Shown here: positions 59,827 to 64,000 of the stretch, one piece after another
Position numbering within the stretch: position 1 is the first letter of the stretch
Layout of the letters: every line of letters starts with the position of its first letter
Assembly: GCA_964631145.1 (NCBI GenBank)
Contig: CAZVXT010000001.1
Location: forward strand, 553,797-617,796
Reading direction: 5' to 3'
Source: an uncultured Candidatus Saccharibacteria bacterium
GTDB taxonomy: Bacteria > Patescibacteriota > Doudnabacteria > UBA920
Length of the DNA: 64,000 nt
Notes under the pieces: generated by a model
Seen by the model: the letters and a program-made list of their open reading frames with translations, nothing else
What the model was told of the DNA's origin: nothing
Databases searched by the model: none
Program-made: the position numbers and the translations under genes

Positions 59827-60525
59827 TTAATACCTGATTCTAAACTCTGCCCTTAAACCTAAGATTTGATTGAGATAATCTAAAGGTTCTACATCTACTG
59901 GCTTATCATAGACCAGCACAAACTGATCACTACGAACCATGGATGCTGGCTTGTTTTTTACCACAGCCATCATCCCTTTTTGCCTCTGACGACAAACACT
60001 ACAATCCCCATAACATCCATAAACTACAGTCATCACCATGTCATCAAGCACAGCAATCTGTCTAGAATTTTCCCATCCTGGGACAGTGATTAACCCAATC
60101 ACATTCCAGTCTTTTGAGTATGCCGCTGTTTGCAAGGAAATTTGCTTATCCCAAGCCTTCCTTTCAAGTTTTAGATTATACATTTCCCGTTTAAAATTAA
60201 TATTACGGACCAAAGATTGCAATGCCAGTTCTTCACTTCTACCAATTCCTCTACTTTGTTCAAACTCCAAACACTTTGCTAAATAAATTTTTCCCGAAGG
60301 CAAATCGTGAGTATTATAAGTAACAGTTAATTCTTCTGCACTATAAAGTCTATCTGGCATATCAGCAAAATATTCAGCATCTATAAATTCTTCAACTTTA
60401 TTTTGTAAATCTTTTTGAGCGTCTTCAATATTTTTACCTAATCCAAAAACGGTTGGAAACTGTTTGCATGTAGAGATAAATCCTTCTGAGGTTTTGGTGT
60501 TTCTTACGGTTCAAATTGTTTTCAT
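59827..60525 (-). pseudogene. HicB-like N-terminal domain protein interrupted by an in-frame TGA at codon 5 (ORF track reports only 59827..60360)
   Basis: GGAGG RBS 5 nt before ATG 60523-60525; reading MKTI*TVRNTKTSEGFISTCKQFPTVFGLGKNIEDAQKDLQNKVEEFIDAEYFAD continues in frame into MPDRLY…; the 55 codons between are stop-free and resemble a HicB/UPF0150 fold. Confidence 0.45.
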
Positions 60526-60581
60526 AATGCCTCCAAAAATTTGTAATTTTTATTTTTCCAAACAAACGAATATTCACTTGC
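60519..60581 (-). repeat. Promoter/5'-leader repeat copy A (shared with 61873..61940)
   Basis: 35-nt identical core ttttatttttccaaacaaacgaatattcacttgct plus shared ttcataat…cctcca SD region. Confidence 0.6.
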
Positions 60582-60620
60582 TGGGAAAAATTCCCAAAGT
60601 CACGTGCTTTGGGTTAATGA

Positions 60621-60962
60621 CTAATCATCATAGTCATAGTTTAAGTAAGTGTAATTTTCATCGCAATCCGAGACAGGAAAACCAAAATCTCTTAACTTTT
60701 GCTCATCCATTATTGGATAATCAAAAAGTTCAGCAATTGGAAATATCCTTGGGGTTACTACGTCCATCTCTTGCACATGTAATAACTCTTGATGAGAAGT
60801 GCTGGTGCAATAACAACCACACTTTTCTGTATCATCCCAAGTTAGATTATCAGCAACAAAGCTAACAATCGACTTTCTAATAGATTCCAGACTTTCATCT
60901 GGAGCTTCGACAGTATGATAGTTATTTTGACCATACTCCTTTAATACAATCATTAGTTTCAT
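60621..60962 (-). CDS. Hypothetical protein
   Basis: AGGAGGG RBS before ATG at 60962 (MKLMIVLKEYGQ…); preferred over overlapping + ORF. Confidence 0.4.
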   Translation of the reverse strand: MKLMIVLKEYGQNNYHTVEAPDESLESIRKSIVSFVADNLTWDDTEKCGCYCTSTSHQELLHVQEMDVVTPRIFPIAELFDYPIMDEQKLRDFGFPVSDCDENYTYLNYDYDD

Positions 60963-61122
60963 AGCCCTCCTATATAACTTTTTTCTGTTACTTGCTAATT
61001 CGCCGGTCAGCATATAAATTAGTCAAGTGTCCTAAAAGTTTTTTCCCTCTTTTTTAATCGACGTAAACACATCGACTAAAAAAGAGGTGCGAAGTTTTTT
61101 AGGCTTCGCATAAGTTTTCAAG

Positions 61123-61332
61123 TTAATAGAATTTCTTATCTTTAAAAGTGTTTATACTGCCGCCCCAATCGTCCTTTAACCATCCAATATACATACCGAG
61201 CTTAATAGCATCTGCTGTAGATATTGAATCAGGGACTTGGATATGATAACCACCTTTATTAAACGAAATATCTCCTTTAACTTTTAATGTTAAATCTACG
61301 AGTCGGGATAATGCCCAGTCAGGATTAAACAT
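61123..61332 (-). CDS. Hypothetical small protein (69 aa)
   Basis: GGAGGT RBS before MFNPDWALSRL…; intrinsic terminator downstream. Confidence 0.4.
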   Translation of the reverse strand: MFNPDWALSRLVDLTLKVKGDISFNKGGYHIQVPDSISTADAIKLGMYIGWLKDDWGGSINTFKDKKFY

Positions 61333-61469
61333 AATACCTCCACTACTTTCTTCTGTCTCTCGCTTACACACCAAAAGGCATTATGCAAGTCGAGTGTCCG
61401 GAAAGAACCTAATTACAAGTATAATTACTTGGACCATAGTTTAGTTTTGGTATTATGAACACCTTTTGT

Positions 61470-61661
61470 TTACTTATTGATTACTAATATAAACAACTCT
61501 CGTAAACAATATACTGCTACACCAACCATTAAAATCATAAATAAAGTTAGCATAATCATTTGTCCAGTATCGTGATTTGCTGCGGCTTCTTTGGAAGCTG
61601 TAGCTACAGCCACACACCCAACAGTTGAAATAATACACCCCAATATATAAAAAATCTTCAT
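61470..61661 (-). CDS. Small hydrophobic membrane peptide (63 aa)
   Basis: GAGGAGG RBS before MKIFYILGCIISTVGCVAVA…; two TM segments. Confidence 0.4.
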   Translation of the reverse strand: MKIFYILGCIISTVGCVAVATASKEAAANHDTGQMIMLTLFMILMVGVAVYCLRELFILVINK

Positions 61662-61746
61662 AAATCCTCCTCGATATAATCCCAATTTTTAAAAGACTAA
61701 ACAGTTAATCTTCTAAAAAAGAGGTGCAATATTAATTGCACAGGTG

Positions 61747-61878
61747 TTATAACACACGAATAAATCGTGCACACTCAGCGGCAATTGCCGGACCATAAGT
61801 GTTATATAAATGAGCAAAGCTCAATGAACCTACTACAATAAGCATGGCTCCCAATAATACTTCTACAATAAATTTCAT
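61747..61878 (-). CDS. Small hydrophobic peptide (43 aa) driven by repeat copy B
   Basis: GGAGG RBS before MKFIVEVLLGAMLIVVGSLSFAHLYNTYGPAIAAECARFIRVL; stem-loop terminator follows. Confidence 0.4.
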   Translation of the reverse strand: MKFIVEVLLGAMLIVVGSLSFAHLYNTYGPAIAAECARFIRVL

Positions 61879-61940
61879 AATTTCCTCCAGATTTTTTATT
61901 TAAAATTTTATTTTTCCAAACAAACGAATATTCACTTGCT
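61873..61940 (-). repeat. Promoter/5'-leader repeat copy B
   Basis: Same 35-nt core as 60547..60581 plus SD region. Confidence 0.6.
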
Positions 61941-62232
61941 TAGAAAAATGGCAAATCAAGTTTGCCGAGGTTTTTTGTCCCATTTACAATAGCGTGGAAC
62001 AAGTCTTTGGATAGTTCGACCATGCGCGCGGTAGCGAACAGTCCTAGTATCACATTTCGGACAACCGCAGTGTTCGTCTTCCAACTTGGCTGCGGCAACT
62101 TTAGGTGCGACATAAATGGTTATTTTTATGTTCATCATTTAAAGTATATTGCGGTCTCGCCTTGGTTTATAAACTATCGGCTAAATAATTTTTCTTTCCC
62201 CAAGATCCCCGCACTGTTTTTTTGAAACTTGC

Positions 62233-62478
62233 TTAGGCAGCAGCAACGGTTACTTTCTTCGCAGGTTTTCGTTTGAACTCTTGTCGCTTTTTATGAAGCT
62301 TCATAAGAGAATCATAACGATCACCCGCTCGATACCGCCGCGCGTCGGCATGGCTAACGATATTAGCTGCAGTTGCCGCGTTTAATTGAGCATCGATGCC
62401 AGCAAACTTCAATTTTGGTCTATGTTGAACCATATAAGCTAATTCAACTTCAACCAATTTTTCGATTTTGGTTATCAT
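62233..62478 (-). CDS. Hypothetical basic protein (81 aa)
   Basis: AGGAGG RBS; locally elevated G+C; 5'-UTR hairpin ccacc/ggtgg precedes the RBS. Confidence 0.4.
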   Translation of the reverse strand: MITKIEKLVEVELAYMVQHRPKLKFAGIDAQLNAATAANIVSHADARRYRAGDRYDSLMKLHKKRQEFKRKPAKKVTVAAA

Positions 62479-63059
62479 TATCTTTTCCTCCTATATAACC
62501 CACCAGCCACGGTGGTTTTATTTATTTTTATTTTCTTTTTCGAGATGACGAATTTACACTCATCCCCTCAAAAAAGGAGCCCAACTTAAAGTTGAGCATA
62601 AGTATGTGTTAGATGCTTTCCACAGCACCCTGCTGTAATTGGAGTTACAGCTTTCGCTTCCACTGCAGAGGAACCGCATTTTGTCTGACCTTCTCAGAAG
62701 ATGTCTTGCATAGACAATCCCAGCATCAATTTTTATCAAAATGATGACTTACACAAAATAGATTTTGACTAGACCTAGGAGTATATATATAGTTCATTAC
62801 CTTAGGGCAATAAAAGGCATTCTAGTATGCCACCTGACTTCCGAAGAACGAAGTCATTGGTCTAAGATATATACTTAATCAGGGTTATTTTGCAAAATTG
62901 CAAAAGTGACACGCAACCCTCCTAAATATTTTTAGCGTTCTATTTTAGATCGCCTATTTTAATTTTCAAATTTTGAAAACTAGAATAGACGGATGATTTA
63001 AGTTTGAAGTTTAAATCACCTCAATAAAATTTGTCTTGCGACATAAATTACCTCCTTTG

Positions 63060-63760
63060 ATAAAAATTTCCTATACGCTAGGATTACTTAGCGCCGGCGC
63101 GACCCAAGCCGGTAATCTGCTGCCCCTCCCATGGGGGTCGATATGGTCTTTATCGACATAGTCTTTTGGGTCTTGGGTAGACCGTTAGGTTTGCAGCCCG
63201 CTTTCGCGAGGAGCTTGTCCCCTAACCGGGCAAGCTCTTGGCGGCTTAAGCCGCTCAAGTCTGTCATATTTTTCAATTTTTTCTGTTCAGCTAAGTTTGT
63301 AACTCAACTGAACAGTTTGGGTGCTGAGCTGGTGGCTCATTGTTAACACCGCAGTCTGAAAATTTTCTTGTCACCTATTGTAACGAACTTTTTACAAAGC
63401 TTTGTCCAATAGGATCTCGCCATCACCGTTCTTGCGCGAGACTTTACGGATTTACGGTTGACCCAGATCTTGGGTTGTCAGTTACTCGTTTTCAGACGAA
63501 CCGGCAAAAATAAAGATTACTTTATCCCCGCCGGCCCGTCTGCAAAGTTGTAAGCTGGTGCTTAAACTAGCAAGCTAGTCTAAACATCTCTACAGTCGGG
63601 CGGACATATTAAAAAGCTGTAATCTTTGAATTAGATAACAACCTTTACAAGACCAACTCGCTGTGTGGCAAGTATTTATATGATTATTAGCCCCGTAATA
63701 GAGGCACTCCTGCCTACCAGCGATGTTCCTTTAATTTCTTAATGGAAACTAGCCGTAAAA
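63060..63760. other. ORF-free, G+C-enriched, stem-loop-dense region (candidate large structured RNA of unknown class)
   Basis: No ORF above 71 aa in any frame over ~1.5 kb (62480-64000); many perfect 5-8 bp hairpins such as CTGTTCAG…CTGAACAG, GAGCTTG…CAAGCTC, GCGGCttaaGCCGC, TCTCGC…GCGAGA. Confidence 0.25.
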
Positions 63761-64000
63761 GATTGTTATTTACTTTTCAAAATTTCAGCTTACAAAAGTA
63801 TTATACACGAATAATTATTTTTGTCAAGAAGTTTTAACAAAATTTTGTATATTTTTCTTTAAACATTGTTTTTATTAAGTATTTTGTAATAAATTATTGA
63901 TATTTTATATAAACATAATAAGATAAATCATGTAATTATTTGTTTTGGATAAAAATAAAAAAGCATCAATTGCTTTTGTAGAGTAAATCTACTTTGCAGT

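Noticed and set aside
60464-60865. 133-aa + ORF versus the overlapping minus-strand ORF 60621-60962
   Set aside because: The minus ORF has a consensus AGGAGGG RBS at a plausible internal ATG and matches the strand of all neighbours; the + ORF has no RBS.
61000-61110. Inverted repeat CTCTTTTTTA…TAAAAAAGAG with an internal ATCGAC direct repeat as a mobile-element terminal repeat
   Set aside because: It is better explained as the AT-rich stem of a minus-strand intrinsic terminator (gcgaagc-loop-gcttcgc plus T-run) that shares the AAAAAGAGGTGC motif with the terminator at 61725; no flanking target-site duplication was found.
63040-63060. ACCUCCUUU string resembling the 3' end of 16S rRNA
   Set aside because: There is no 16S-like sequence upstream. 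Its reverse complement is a perfect SD (AAAGGAGGT) placed 6 nt before a minus-strand ATG of a 7-codon ORF.
1-64000. Alternative genetic code with TGA as sense (code 25, as in some CPR lineages)
   Set aside because: Long conserved genes (secA, pepN, secD and others) are full length under the standard code with no internal TGA, and TGA ends some ORFs. The single in-frame TGA in the HicB-like gene is therefore treated as a local event.
1-64000. CRISPR arrays, IS elements, integrases/recombinases
   Set aside because: No short direct-repeat/spacer periodicity, terminal inverted repeats with transposase ORFs, or tyrosine/serine recombinase motifs were seen anywhere in the window.

Overview
This 64 kb window is a low-G+C (roughly one-third G+C), gene-dense bacterial chromosomal segment. 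Genes have strong AGGAGG-type ribosome-binding sites and AT-rich intrinsic terminators. TGA appears to work as a stop codon, because the long conserved genes are intact under the standard bacterial code. Gene content suggests a small-genome, Gram-positive-type bacterium, possibly a Candidate Phyla Radiation (Saccharibacteria-like) lineage; that is inference only. Content by region: (1) 1-4.5 kb: a three-gene module of a VirD4/TraG-like coupling ATPase with a long low-complexity tail, a single-pass membrane protein and a sigma-70 region-4-like HTH protein. (2) 4.6-13.5 kb: Sec translocon genes secF, secD and secA, aminopeptidase N and a family-4 uracil-DNA glycosylase. (3) 15-24 kb: a cell-envelope locus (murC-like ligase, patatin, murG, three GT4 glycosyltransferases, WbaP-like sugar phosphotransferase) ending at RNase P RNA. 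(4) 24-38 kb: housekeeping and accessory genes, including uppS, truB, DinB-family, NUDIX, MarR with a perfect palindromic operator, methyltransferases, HAD hydrolases and an orphan receiver domain. (5) 38-48 kb: a tRNA/ribosomal-protein region with tRNA-Trp, rpmG, tRNA-Thr, tRNA-Tyr, tRNA-Thr, tsf-rpsB, rpmE, prfA-prmC, rplY-rplU and galE; its conserved synteny is broken, and a zeta-toxin-like kinase with a small basic partner follows tRNA-Trp. (6) 48-57 kb: a DUF11-repeat surface protein, lexA with an 18-bp perfect palindrome upstream, a PP2C-like transmembrane protein and rplJ-rplL behind a leader attenuator. (7) 57-64 kb: an accessory-looking, partly G+C-richer stretch holding an unusually short (156 nt) tmRNA-like gene, a tRNA-like element with an AGU anticodon abutting an S21-like gene, a HicB-like gene broken by an in-frame TGA after a perfect SD, a duplicated promoter/leader driving small hydrophobic peptides, and a ~0.7 kb ORF-free G+C-rich, stem-loop-dense region that may be a large structured RNA. 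No CRISPR array, transposase or integrase was recognised.
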